Below are positions 47,156 through 58,200 of a stretch of 64,000 nt of DNA, in pieces. The DNA comes from Flectonema sp. DT1601. Lineage: Eukaryota. The stretch spans positions 744,001 through 808,000 of the forward strand of contig OZ025786.1 of the NCBI GenBank assembly GCA_964019425.1. The letters run 5' to 3'. The notes beneath the pieces are model-generated. The model was not told the DNA's origin and made no database searches. It saw nothing but the letters and a program-made list of their open reading frames with translations. The translations under genes were made by a program, and so were the position numbers. Each line of letters starts with the position of its first letter. Positions within the stretch are counted from its first letter, which is position 1.

Positions 47156-48967
47156 TTAAAGACCCAAAGTCGGTTTCAAAGAAGTAACTCCAACGAGAAT
47201 ATCATTTCCAACTGGGGCGGGGGCAGGGATAGTGTGAACTCCAATTTCAATTTCACCTGCCGGAGCAGGAATGCTGTGAACACCGATCTCCACCTCAGGC
47301 AATAACGGAGCCTGTTCTATAACTTGCGGTGGTATGTCTTCTGGAGGTTCTTCCGGTGCAGGCATAGCTCTGATGTTTATATCGATTTCTTCTTCTTCAA
47401 CAGCTGCGGGTAGGATCTCATCAGATGATTCACTCACGTCCGCGTATTCTTTCTCACGTCTACATGCAAGAAGTATACAACAACAAACACAACAAAGTAA
47501 TAATAACAACAACCATGGCCAGATTGAAAAGACATCACTCTCAGCACAAAATACAGATCCCAACGGCTCAAATACAACACAGAGAGGATTTTGTGTTATT
47601 GAAAGAGTGGGTGTTAGGGAAAGTGTCTCAGTTAGAGAGATGGTCAGCGTAAGAGAAAAAGTATCAGTCGGGGTCAACGAGAACGTAGGCGTCAATGACA
47701 AAGTTGGTGTTGGAGTGTCGCAGGGTGGTGTTCGACATCCGCAAAAACCCTCAGCTGGATACCAATTACCGTCCGTACCACACCTAATCTGGGATCTAAT
47801 ACCACTCCCATCAGCTGTTACAGGTGTCGACTTACTAGGAACACAAGTAACATCAACTAAAGGTTTGTCTAAGTTACAAGTATAATTACATTCTGTTCCT
47901 GAGATAGTTAAAATATCAACACATCCAGGGTCTGTTGGAGGTCCCGGAAGACCATCAGTCACTAAGTTAACATATTGATATGCAGGTGTTTCATTACGTC
48001 CTGGAATCGAAGCGTTATTAGACGCGTCTGGTCTATCACAAGTTGGCAGGTTAGTACATCTGTAAGGAGTCCATTGACCATCAAAACAACGTGGTACTCC
48101 AACTCTAGTGAATCCCATGTTACAAATAGCAGAACAGACGAAACCTGAAAAAATCCTTCTCCCCATAATTGGATTACAAAATGTCAAAGATGCAGGATTG
48201 ACATCTGCAATAACTGGAACATTATTGGTGCAATCAGCTAACCCATCAGCAACGGAAATGTCATACTTCCAGTGAGCATTTTGATCCATCGCACAGGGAG
48301 TAGAAGCGCCGCCTACTGCTTTGCTGGAAGGGTCCAAATCAGCGTTTGTCCCCGCAGTCCAAGTTTCATAAGTTCCAGCTTTAACATCTCGGATACTGAT
48401 ACCGTACATGGTTCTGTGTTCGTTAAGTATTCCGTTCATATTACCACCTGGTTGGTTACAATTTATTGTTTGGATTTGATTATCAGCTGGTGGGAATGTA
48501 CCTGTTCCAGATGTTACTGCTGTTCCAAACTGACCAGGCATTCCAGGGTTTACTTCATAGCATGATAGCTCAGAGTCTGCAAACATGAGGGAATCTCCTG
48601 TATTTGGATCGGTGACAGCAGTGCAATGACCTGCTTTTAACATTTCAAATTGGAAATCTTCCACCGTTGCTGTTCCTGCAATTCCAGGAACCGCATTGGC
48701 ACAAGGCAGAGTCGGACAATCTTGCAAACTACACCAAGCGCTGAAGCCAGACATTGGAACAGCGCCATTCGGTTCTCTGATAGAAATAGTACCAGGAACC
48801 GATCCACTTGCTGGATTATCATGATATGTTCCAACCCAAAAAGTAAACGCGTCCGGGTTACTTGGTGACGTTGACGTACAAATAATCGATTTATGGCCCT
48901 CAACTACTATGAAGACTTCAAACAACCACACACAGAATGCGACAATCGTCACTTCTTTGATACTCAT
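47156..48967 (-). CDS. Cys-rich type I membrane/surface protein, tandem paralog 2
   Basis: Near-identical to paralogs 1 and 3; ATG at 48967. Confidence 0.9.
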   Translation of the reverse strand: MSIKEVTIVAFCVWLFEVFIVVEGHKSIICTSTSPSNPDAFTFWVGTYHDNPASGSVPGTISIREPNGAVPMSGFSAWCSLQDCPTLPCANAVPGIAGTATVEDFQFEMLKAGHCTAVTDPNTGDSLMFADSELSCYEVNPGMPGQFGTAVTSGTGTFPPADNQIQTINCNQPGGNMNGILNEHRTMYGISIRDVKAGTYETWTAGTNADLDPSSKAVGGASTPCAMDQNAHWKYDISVADGLADCTNNVPVIADVNPASLTFCNPIMGRRIFSGFVCSAICNMGFTRVGVPRCFDGQWTPYRCTNLPTCDRPDASNNASIPGRNETPAYQYVNLVTDGLPGPPTDPGCVDILTISGTECNYTCNLDKPLVDVTCVPSKSTPVTADGSGIRSQIRCGTDGNWYPAEGFCGCRTPPCDTPTPTLSLTPTFSLTPTDTFSLTLTISLTETLSLTPTLSITQNPLCVVFEPLGSVFCAESDVFSIWPWLLLLLLCCVCCCILLACRREKEYADVSESSDEILPAAVEEEEIDINIRAMPAPEEPPEDIPPQVIEQAPLLPEVEIGVHSIPAPAGEIEIGVHTIPAPAPVGNDILVGVTSLKPTLGL

Positions 48968-49152
48968 TTTGATAGTTTTGTCCAACTGAGGTGAAAGTAG
49001 TTAAACCAAAATTCAAATACTACAAAACTATTTATGTGACAAACTGACAGCATGAAAGGAAAAGGCGCCTTAATCAGTGAGCAGGGCTACAACCTGAATT
49101 AGAGAGTCGATTATGTCTCTTGTTCTTAGATGAGAAGTAAACAATAATAAAA

Positions 49153-49425
49153 CTACACATTACGGATGTCATCCGCGAACTCTCCTACTATTGCAACACG
49201 ATTGAATAACAGAGCTCTGAAATGGAGGAAGCTGATCACTTCTCCTTGTCCATGCGTAAACGTCAATAAGCGACGAATATCTTTTGTAATTCTCTTGAAG
49301 GGTTCTCGTAGTTCATCGCTTGCATGAGAGCTAATCAACATGAGCCTCGTCACAGTTTGTGCAGAGATTGCGCCTTGCAACAGAAGAAGGTTTACAATGT
49401 ACTCTCGTAACGTCATGTTGTTCAT
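49153..49425 (-). pseudogene. Possible reverse transcriptase remnant
   Basis: GQGEVISFLHF...VGEFADDI resembles RT motifs QGxxxSPxLF and (Y/F)ADD in the expected order; partial copy at ~46478-46570. Confidence 0.35.
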
Positions 49426-49894
49426 TTATTTTTATTTTTTAATAAAAGAATAGATTAAGTAACGACTGCTACGATATTATTTCTACCAAAACAATTGGTT
49501 TTGTAGGAACAAAAGAAATAACGCGAGGACAAAACACACTTGGTGATTAATACGTTTTAACATTTTCTTTTAACGCACCCTCATCACGTCACCCTCCTCC
49601 GGTACGATAGGATTATAGCTTGAGGCTACTAAAGTTACATGGTCCACATAAAACAGGAGGGTCAATTAAGACTCGCTGTGTGCACAAACGGAATTTATAA
49701 TCACTTATTAAGTTTTAATAAGAAAATGTAATTGCAGGGAAAAAGGAGAGAGAAAGAAATCAGCAGCAAACTGACTTCAGATTGCTAAAACGCAATCTTT
49801 TTTGGGAACAAGTCCAAACAAACTCATAGGAATACAAGGAATATTTGTTTTCTATTTTCACTTGTATTCTGTTATTCTCTTTCTCAACACCTGT

Positions 49895-51706
49895 CTAACG
49901 GCCCAAAGTCGGTTTCAAAGAAGTAACTCCAACGAGAATATCATTTCCAACTGGGGCGGGGGCAGGGATAGTGTGAACTCCAATTTCAATTTCACCTGCC
50001 GGAGCAGGAATGCTGTGAACACCGATCTCTACATCAGGCAATAACGGAGCCTGTTCTATAACTTGCGGTGGTATGTCTTCTGGAGGTTCTTCCGGTGCAG
50101 GCATAGCTCTGATGTTTATATCGATTTCTTCTTCTTCAACAGCTGCGGGTAGGATCTCATCAGATGATTCACTCACGTCCGCGTATTCTTTCTCACGTCT
50201 ACATGCAAGAAGTATACAACAACAAACACAACAAAGTAATAATAACAACAACCATGGCCAGATTGAAAAGACATCACTCTCAGCACAAAATACAGATCCC
50301 AACGGCTCAAATACAACACAGAGAGGATTTTGTGTTATTGAAAGAGTGGGTGTTAGGGAAAGTGTCTCAGTTAGAGAGATGGTCAGCGTAAGAGAAAAAG
50401 TATCAGTCGGGGTCAACGAGAACGTAGGCGTCAATGACAAAGTTGGTGTTGGAGTGTCGCAGGGTGGTGTTCGACATCCGCAAAAACCCTCAGCTGGATA
50501 CCAATTACCGTCTGTACCACACCTAATCTGGGATCTAATACCACTCCCATCAGCTGTTACAGGTGTCGACTTACTAGGAACACAAGTAACATCAACTAAA
50601 GGTTTGTCTAAGTTACAAGTATAATTACATTCTGTTCCTGAGATAGTTAAAATATCAACACATCCAGGGTCTGTTGGAGGTCCCGGAAGACCATCAGTCA
50701 CTAAGTTAACATATTGATATGCAGGTGTTTCATTACGTCCTGGAATCGAAGCGTTATTAGACGCGTCTGGTCTATCACAAGTTGGCAGGTTAGTACATCT
50801 GTAAGGAGTCCATTGACCATCAAAACAACGTGGTACTCCAACTCTAGTGAATCCCATGTTACAAATAGCAGAACAGACGAAACCTGAAAAAATCCTTCTC
50901 CCCATAATTGGATTACAAAATGTCAAAGATGCAGGATTGACATCTGCAATAACTGGAACATTATTGGTGCAATCAGCTAACCCATCAGCAACGGAAATGT
51001 CATACTTCCAGTGAGCATTTTCATCCATCGCACAGGGAGTAGAAGCGCCGCCTACTGCTTTGGTTGAAGGGTCCAAATCAGCGTTTGTCCCCCCAGTCCA
51101 GGTCTCATAAGTTCCAGCTTTAACATCTCGGATATTGATACCGTACATGGTTCTGTGTTCGTTAAGTATTCCATCCATAGGACTACCTGGTTGGTTACAA
51201 TTTATTGTTTGGATTTGATTATCAGCTGGTGGGAATGTACCTGTTCCAGATGTTACTGCTGTTCCAAACTGACCAGGCATTCCAGGGTTTACTTCATAGC
51301 ATGATAACACAGAGTCTGCAAACATGAGGGAATCTCCTGTGAGTGGGTCGGTGACAGCAGTGCAATGACCTGCTTTTAACATTTCAAATTGGAAATCTTC
51401 TACCGTTGCTGTTCCTGCAATTCCGGGAACCGCAGTGGCACAAGGCAGAGTCGGACAATCTTGCAAACTACACCAAGCGCTGAAGCCAGACATTGGAACG
51501 ATACCATTCGGTTCTCTGATAGAAATAGTACCAGGAACCGATCCATTTACTGGATTATCATGATATGTTCCAACCCAAAAAGTAAACGCGTCCGGGTGAC
51601 TCGGTGACGTTGACGTACAAATAATCGATTTATGGCCCTCAACTACTATGAGGACTTCAAACAACCACACACAGAATGCGACAATCGTCACTTCTTTGAT
51701 ACTCAT
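49895..51706 (-). CDS. Cys-rich type I membrane/surface protein, tandem paralog 3
   Basis: Near-identical to paralogs 1 and 2; 603 aa. Confidence 0.9.
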   Translation of the reverse strand: MSIKEVTIVAFCVWLFEVLIVVEGHKSIICTSTSPSHPDAFTFWVGTYHDNPVNGSVPGTISIREPNGIVPMSGFSAWCSLQDCPTLPCATAVPGIAGTATVEDFQFEMLKAGHCTAVTDPLTGDSLMFADSVLSCYEVNPGMPGQFGTAVTSGTGTFPPADNQIQTINCNQPGSPMDGILNEHRTMYGINIRDVKAGTYETWTGGTNADLDPSTKAVGGASTPCAMDENAHWKYDISVADGLADCTNNVPVIADVNPASLTFCNPIMGRRIFSGFVCSAICNMGFTRVGVPRCFDGQWTPYRCTNLPTCDRPDASNNASIPGRNETPAYQYVNLVTDGLPGPPTDPGCVDILTISGTECNYTCNLDKPLVDVTCVPSKSTPVTADGSGIRSQIRCGTDGNWYPAEGFCGCRTPPCDTPTPTLSLTPTFSLTPTDTFSLTLTISLTETLSLTPTLSITQNPLCVVFEPLGSVFCAESDVFSIWPWLLLLLLCCVCCCILLACRREKEYADVSESSDEILPAAVEEEEIDINIRAMPAPEEPPEDIPPQVIEQAPLLPDVEIGVHSIPAPAGEIEIGVHTIPAPAPVGNDILVGVTSLKPTLGR

Positions 51707-52067
51707 TTTGATACTGATAGGGGAATAATATAACGAGGCATTTAAAAATCTTAACCAACTGAGGTGAAGGTAGTTAAACTAAAATTCAAATACTACAAAA
51801 CTATTTATGTGATAAACTGACAGCATGAAAAGGCAAAGGCAGCTGCTACCACAGCCGAAGAGCAAGGGTGATTCAGGCAAGTTAAATATGTTTATGAACA
51901 GCCTTCATCAATGAGTAGGATCTAATTATTCTAACTCAGAAGGAAAATAAATTAGCAAAGTATCTATGAAATAAACGTAACAAAAATGAAATATCCTACG
52001 AGTAGTAGATATCTGAAATTGAGGAAGCTGAGTGACAACAGAACCGCTTAATGTTATTCAAATAAAG

Positions 52068-52835
52068 TTAAGCATTACTAGTAGCTGTGGAATTCTTATT
52101 GTTGTCATCATGAATAAAAAGTAACGGAAACATTCCAATTAAACATCCAAACGAGATACCGAGTGTTGAAGATAAGAAAGAAACCAGTCTAACTCGAGTG
52201 GTTCTGAACTGAGGGCGAGTAATCTTATGTGGTTTTATCCCCATCTTGGCCGAGTAATCTTCGATGGTTCTACTTAATGAGAGTCCGGCAATGTCTGAGC
52301 ACATGTTACCGAGTCCAGCTGCCGCCATTGTTGAGAGGACGAATATCCTTCCAACGGATTCCTCAATAAGTTCACCACAGCAGATCATTAAGAAATTATC
52401 TACGAAACCAAAACCAATCATCGGAACAGCTATTTTTAATGAGAGATTCACAAGCTGTTCTGTGGTTGCTCGTTGTACTGGAAACTGATTATCTGTTGGG
52501 GATTCTGAAGGTGGTGTTAATGATTTAGTTCCATTGATCCATGTCCCTCGTTTAAACTCCTCTTCGTCAACGAAACCATCAGAGTTACTATCCATACTTT
52601 TAAATATCTTCTCCGAATGAACTTTATACTCTTCTGTTGTTATTTTACCATCTCCGTTCGAATCGATTTCTTTAAATCCTTGTTTTAGTCCTCCGGTTCG
52701 ACGTATCCGAAGAAGCTCTGCAAGTTCTTTTGAAGCACCACCACCTTCAGCAATCAACAATTCTGCTTCCTTTAGAAGACTTTGACAGTTTCGATGTTGA
52801 CGATATAAAACACCACATCTATTGATGCGTCTCAT
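52068..52835 (-). CDS. TMEM65: TMEM65-family mitochondrial membrane protein with an N-terminal EF-hand pair
   Basis: Arg-rich presequence-like N-terminus; EF loops DSNGDGKITTEE and DSNSDGFVDEEE; TMEM65 motifs PMIGFGFVDNFLMI..GE.IE, STMAAAGLGN..SDIAG and GCLIGMFPL. Confidence 0.85.
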   Translation of the reverse strand: MRRINRCGVLYRQHRNCQSLLKEAELLIAEGGGASKELAELLRIRRTGGLKQGFKEIDSNGDGKITTEEYKVHSEKIFKSMDSNSDGFVDEEEFKRGTWINGTKSLTPPSESPTDNQFPVQRATTEQLVNLSLKIAVPMIGFGFVDNFLMICCGELIEESVGRIFVLSTMAAAGLGNMCSDIAGLSLSRTIEDYSAKMGIKPHKITRPQFRTTRVRLVSFLSSTLGISFGCLIGMFPLLFIHDDNNKNSTATSNA

Positions 52836-53221
52836 TATTATTATTTTTTATTTTATTTTTTTTTTTGTAGGGACTTGTAGGGGAATTTGACTTATAGCAA
52901 ATAATATTACTTTTTTTTTTTTTAACAAGTACAGAATATACAAAAAATAAATAAATAGTTTGCAAAAGAAGAAACAAATAAAAAAATAATCACGCGATGA
53001 ACTAATTGCAGTTATTTTTACTTTTTTTTTTTTTTTTTACAAAGACGAATTTTAGCAAAGGAAAAAAAAAAAGAAAAAAAAAACTGCAACAAGAATCTAA
53101 TCAGAAACAAGACAAAACAATAATAATAATTAAAAAATATCTACAACAAGAACAAAAAAAAACAGAACTAACGACGAATCAGATACCACCAGTAGAGCAT
53201 TATAGAGAGCTGCTACCGGGG

Positions 53222-53980
53222 TTACTCACCAACTTGAGACCATGTTTTACCTATAGGTAAAACAGGAGGTGAGAGATGATTGTATGTGTCAAGAGGAGCA
53301 AACGAAAACCAATTGTCGAGCCGTTGCCTGGCAAAGTGTTCCTCAGAAGCCGTCTCCCAGCAAGTATTCGCAGGTGGTCGAGATGATGAACAGCGAGGAG
53401 TAAGTGCATTTAGAGTACGAGATGTCAGTGGAGGCTCATGTCGTTTTTGCCAGTCTCGAGAACTTGTCGACATGTACTTATCACGGCTTCTATCTCTTTC
53501 ATAAAGACGATTGCTTGGTGTTGGGGTGCAGTTATTATTTCTTTGATTTCGATAATTGTGACCCCAAACAGGACTCCGACTACGACTACCATCGTCACCA
53601 CGAGACTCCTTAAGAAGACAATTTATTATCTGACGAGATTCCCGTCGATCTCGTTCTCTCGCTTCCCAACTTTCTTTATCTCTTGAGTACTTAGATTGAT
53701 CACGTCGTCTTGATAAAGATCTAGTTGGACTGGTAGTTATAAAGCCTTGTTGGTGTGTTCTCCCACCATATGAGCACCGTGTTCTTCCATTACGTCTTGT
53801 GTCTGCTTTTATTACAGCTGTTTGCTCCTGTGCTCTTTCTAGTTCCTTTTTTATTAACATGTTAGTTGATTTTGCCTTACTCAGTTCACCCATCAATTCT
53901 TCAACAACCCAAACAGAAGTAGTTCGTGCCTTAGCAGGGACTGGTGTGTTGTTGCGAGGTACAGGAATTACACTTGCCAT
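53222..53980 (-). CDS. Hypothetical coiled-coil, Arg/Ser-rich protein
   Basis: ATG-initiated 252-aa ORF. It ends within a G|GTGAGT donor-like site, so a tiny extra 3' exon is possible. Confidence 0.7.
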   Translation of the reverse strand: MASVIPVPRNNTPVPAKARTTSVWVVEELMGELSKAKSTNMLIKKELERAQEQTAVIKADTRRNGRTRCSYGGRTHQQGFITTSPTRSLSRRRDQSKYSRDKESWEARERDRRESRQIINCLLKESRGDDGSRSRSPVWGHNYRNQRNNNCTPTPSNRLYERDRSRDKYMSTSSRDWQKRHEPPLTSRTLNALTPRCSSSRPPANTCWETASEEHFARQRLDNWFSFAPLDTYNHLSPPVLPIGKTWSQVGE

Positions 53981-54624
53981 GTGTGATGAGGCTGTTTTTT
54001 GAGTGGAATATTTTGTTTTTAAAAAAAAAAGAAAATCCGAGATATATTTGACACGAATATAAATTCAACGAACTATTACTTTGTGAGACATTTAAATAGT
54101 TTTTAAGGGGAAAGGGTTTCGTCCTCACTGGTGTATTATTATTATTATTTTCTTCTCCGCCTTCTGACAATTTCTTTTTTTTCACTTTTGTTTAACACAA
54201 AAATAGATCTCGTTTATATAAAAAAAAACGAAATTCATTATTATTATTATTATTATTTTTCTTTTCTTAACTCACCATAACAAATACCATTGAGCAAGTG
54301 GTGTGTGAACGAGCACATGAGCGAAGCAGTTTGCAGGACCTTCTTATTCCAAAACAGAAAATACGTTTAATAAATAAATACGCACCAAAGTCAACCAGTT
54401 CTACCCAGTTCTGTCAGTCAATAAATCGTAAGGACATCGGTTGTTTTCTAACTAAAATTAAAAAAAAAAAAAAAAAAAAAATCGGACCGTCTCTTTGCCT
54501 AACGAATAAAGTAAAGGGGTACCGCCCAGTTTATTAGTTAGTCTGGGGTAACCCTTTCTTGTCTTCTCGTTTTTTTTCCCCCCTTCCAAATTTTCAACTA
54601 GCGTCCGTTAGGAACAGACTGAGG

Positions 54625-55728
54625 TCATGTCGTGAGAGATCCTTCTTTTAGTTTCGCAAGGTGAATTCGGGTGCGAATCCTTTTATAGTTTTCCAAAGCA
54701 GCATCAGATGATGACGCAGAGCTGAGAATATCACTTTCAGTTGCTACTGATTCTGCTTCCAGAGATGCAATCGCCTCACGCAGTTTTAACAAGAGGGCTT
54801 CTCGTGATGTTTTCTGTTCTACCTCAGCAACGTCTTTGCGAACTCTGTCAAGTGAGTCTTTGAGAGAATCCACTTCCGCAGTAAGATTAGCAATGGAATT
54901 TTGAGTCTGTAAGTGTCTTGATGTTACTAATGTGTGTCTCTCTTCTACAGCTGAAATAGCATCTTTCTGGTCTTTTAATAATTTTCTACAAGCTATCGTG
55001 AAAGGAAGTTCTTCAAAGTAAGCCTCCGCAACGACATCGTTCAATCGACTACAAGTCATTGTCTCAAGTCCGAATGATGTTGGAAGCTCAGGGATCGTTT
55101 GCATAATGCTGCTTTTAAAATCTCTGTGAAAACTAAATACAATCCAACTTAAAGAACTTTTGGAAACAATTTCTTCAGTTGTTGTAACCTTGACATTGTT
55201 TACACGAGCACATGTGCAATTTTGATAATTTAACAGCCCTGCTTTTGCAGCAGGTGAGTCAGGGGTGACTCTCGACAGTCGCGTTCCACTAAACTGACAA
55301 CCAACTTTTTCACTCGGAGTTTTCATAACCAATAATTGCACTTCATCAGGAAAACATACAATCGGAGGACGAACTAAGAAATCTTTAACGACTGTATTAA
55401 CAATCGTTAATAAACTGCTCTTATTCTTATCCCATCCGTTCATTTCAGCTATTTGAATATCCTTACTACCCTTACGAATCGATGGATGTGCAATGTCGTA
55501 GTCTACACCAATAAGTTGGATTTGAGGAATCATATTTGGGAATGCATTTTGATCAATATTTACTTTTAAATGTGCTTTTTCACAACCATCTAGATTGAAA
55601 GGGATATTTAATTCTCTTCTACACATCGATACCGTCGCATTGTATGATTGCTGTACCTCTCTTATGTGATCGTCGGCTGTTTTTTCCTGATGAGTTCCAC
55701 TGCCGCTTAGATACTTGAATAGATTCAT
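54625..55728 (-). CDS. VPS37-like ESCRT-I subunit (UEV-like + PDZ + coiled coil + Mod(r)-like)
   Basis: UEV-like FPNMIPQIQL...HPSI...LLTIVNTVVKDF..RPP; PDZ-like KVGCQF...RVTPDSPAAKAGL...VNNVKV; C-terminal LENYKRIRTRIHLAKLKE resembles the VPS37 Mod(r) end. Confidence 0.65.
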   Translation of the reverse strand: MNLFKYLSGSGTHQEKTADDHIREVQQSYNATVSMCRRELNIPFNLDGCEKAHLKVNIDQNAFPNMIPQIQLIGVDYDIAHPSIRKGSKDIQIAEMNGWDKNKSSLLTIVNTVVKDFLVRPPIVCFPDEVQLLVMKTPSEKVGCQFSGTRLSRVTPDSPAAKAGLLNYQNCTCARVNNVKVTTTEEIVSKSSLSWIVFSFHRDFKSSIMQTIPELPTSFGLETMTCSRLNDVVAEAYFEELPFTIACRKLLKDQKDAISAVEERHTLVTSRHLQTQNSIANLTAEVDSLKDSLDRVRKDVAEVEQKTSREALLLKLREAIASLEAESVATESDILSSASSSDAALENYKRIRTRIHLAKLKEGSLTT

Positions 55729-56613
55729 TTTTTTTTTTTCCCTCTCCTAATTAGTGGATGACTTTAAGGACAAAAAAAGAACAATACCGAGAAATAACGT
55801 AGTGTACTATATTTCATATGATGTTGTTAAGAAACCTGTTGTCGTTTTTTTTTTAAAATAAGTTTGTTACTACTAATGGTTTTCTTATAGCGCACATAAC
55901 TTGCTTTACTTTTCACATATTAAGTTTTTAACTTTTTTTTTTTTTTTTCCCGAGTCCATTTAGGGTTTTTGGTTAAGACTCTAATGTTTCGTATTTTATT
56001 TTTTTTTTAAAAGAAAAGAAGAAGAAGAAAAAAAAAGAACAACAACAACATAAAGAGAACAACAACAAAAAAAAAAAAAAAAAAGGGAAGGAAGAAGAAG
56101 AAATCTTTTTTATATCGCAAAGGCACGCAGTGTCTACTCCGAAGCGCAAATGCTCAAGTAGACTGTGGAGTTTTTTTGTTTTTTTTTTTTCCTTTACTCA
56201 GTTACGTGATACGAGTAATTGTTATTTTTAAACACATAAGTCAGTCTCTTATATCAAATGAGTTGACTCTCTTTGAGAACTTATGCGAAAAACATCTCCG
56301 TATCTTTTAGTTTTCTTCTTTGTGCCATGCCAGGTGATAGCAGGCATTCCTTCTTTCGTATTAAAACCTCACGAAAAAAGTTTCTTCTTTGCTACAAAAA
56401 AAAACTAACCAGAAAAATGTTTGTCCACTTGGGATATGGGAAGGAAAGCCCGTCTCCTTATGTTCTCTTTTTTTTTTTTTTTTTTTTTAAAATGTCTTTT
56501 TCAAGAGTGTGTAACGGACTAAGAAAAGTTAAATCTATTTGGTGGGGCTATGTGCTAGAGGTGATTTTATTTTGTTTTTCTAAAGGAGTAGCTGGGATGA
56601 ATTTAGGAATGGT

Positions 56614-56692
56614 CTAGTCCCCCATGTCGTCGTCGTCGTCTTCATCATCGTCTTCGTCTGTGTCGTCGTCTTCATCCGTTTCCTCGTCGTCA

Positions 56693-56724
<32 letters not shown>

Positions 56725-58200
56725 ATCATCATCATCATCGTCGATATCGTCATCATCATCATCGTCGTCGTCATCGTCGTCGTCGTCATCATCGTCGTCG
56801 TCATCATCGTCGTCATCGTCGTCGTCATCATCATCGTCGTCACTTCCCTCATTCAACGACAACGCTCCATCACTAGATGTTTCATCATCTGCTTTGTTTT
56901 TAATAAAAGTTTTTCTTAACAAGTAATTTCTCGTAACACACAACGTAACGATCAGATATTTAAACACCTACAACGCAGAGAATCCCCCCCTCGACGAATA
57001 AATTATTAAAAAAGACATACCGAACTCGTCACTTTCATCAGAGTCGTTACCTCCGTAGATATTTCCTTCGGTTTTGACACTGCGAGGTTTTGACTGAGGG
57101 CGACCTGATTCTGGACGTTGGCGCTTACCACCGCGTGCGCTGGTTCCACGCATCTTGCGATCAGTGGTCGCTTCCATGTTTAGAATTCCTTCTTGATGAG
57201 CTTCAGCATTAGTGAGACGACTTGTTTCTTCTTCTTCCATTTGAAGTTCGAGTTCACGATCACGTTTAACGTCAAGCATTGAGTCCTCTGGTGCTCTCTG
57301 CCCACGGAGTACTTCAAGTTCTTCTTTGCGAAGCCTCTCTCTCATTGCTCTTAATTTAAATTCTTGTTCTTCTACGAGAAGATCTTCTTTTCTGTTGAAT
57401 TTTGCGAGCTCAGCTTCTAAATATCCCAAGTTTCGAAATTGTTCTAAATAATGTTTATATTGTTTATGTAAATCAGCTTCCATCAAATCATATTCATCCA
57501 TGAAAGCAGGTCTTGATGCCATTAGTCCAGCCATACGTTTTTGATTACGTTCTAATTGACCCGCTTTGTTTTCAATTTTACTTTCCAAAGTTGATTCATC
57601 GGCGTTTAAACCAGTGCATGCTTCAGTTAGTTGCTGGACTTGCTCTGCTAATTGATCGAGTGTTTGGTTTACCAGTCGTTCTACTTCAGCCATTTCAGGG
57701 GGACGAGCTACGAGTCTTGTCCTCGCATCTCTGTTTTTTAATTCAATTTCTAATAGTTCATGAAGTTTATAACCTTCTTCAGTTAATTCCCCAGCAGTTT
57801 TGCGAGTATCTTGTGGATCACCTGGTCTGACTACGTCGTGAGTCTCATCCTCGTCGTCAGGGACATCGTGCATATTGTAAGCAGTTTGTAGTACAGTTGC
57901 TAACTTGAGGAGTTCTCGAACAGCGTTACCATCAGCTGCGTAAAGTCTTTTCATGTTTAACTTTACGTGTGCTTTGTGTTGACATACTAGGCAAAGATCT
58001 CTTAGAAAAGCAACTCTTCGAGTTGATGTAGTGATGTCGTCGTCGATGTCAAGTCCGGGATCGAATTGAGATGCCAACCACATCGTAGCATCGGCAACTA
58101 ATTCGAAATTTGGTGTCCTAAAGCTCTCCAAACTAACCATTCGAGGATACCCAAGTACCCTCATTATCTCAACAAATGATTTTAGTTCTCGAAACGACAT
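56614..58200 (-). CDS. CLUAP1: Clusterin-associated protein 1 / IFT38, two exons (58200-57021, 56888-56614)
   Basis: MSFRELKSFVEIMRVLGYPRMVSLESFRTPNFELVA, LYAADGNAVRELLK and RPAFMDEY are CLUAP1 hallmarks. A phase-1 G|GTATGT...CAG intron (132 nt) joins in frame to a poly-Asp exon. Confidence 0.93.
56625..56842 (-). repeat. (GAY)n trinucleotide repeat encoding poly-Asp
   Basis: Mixed GAC/GAT run within the last CLUAP1 exon. Confidence 0.95.

Noticed and set aside
56580..56926. Poly-Ser (+) and poly-Thr/Met (-) ORFs
   Set aside because: Alternative frames of the (GAY)n repeat; only the Asp frame splices in phase to CLUAP1.
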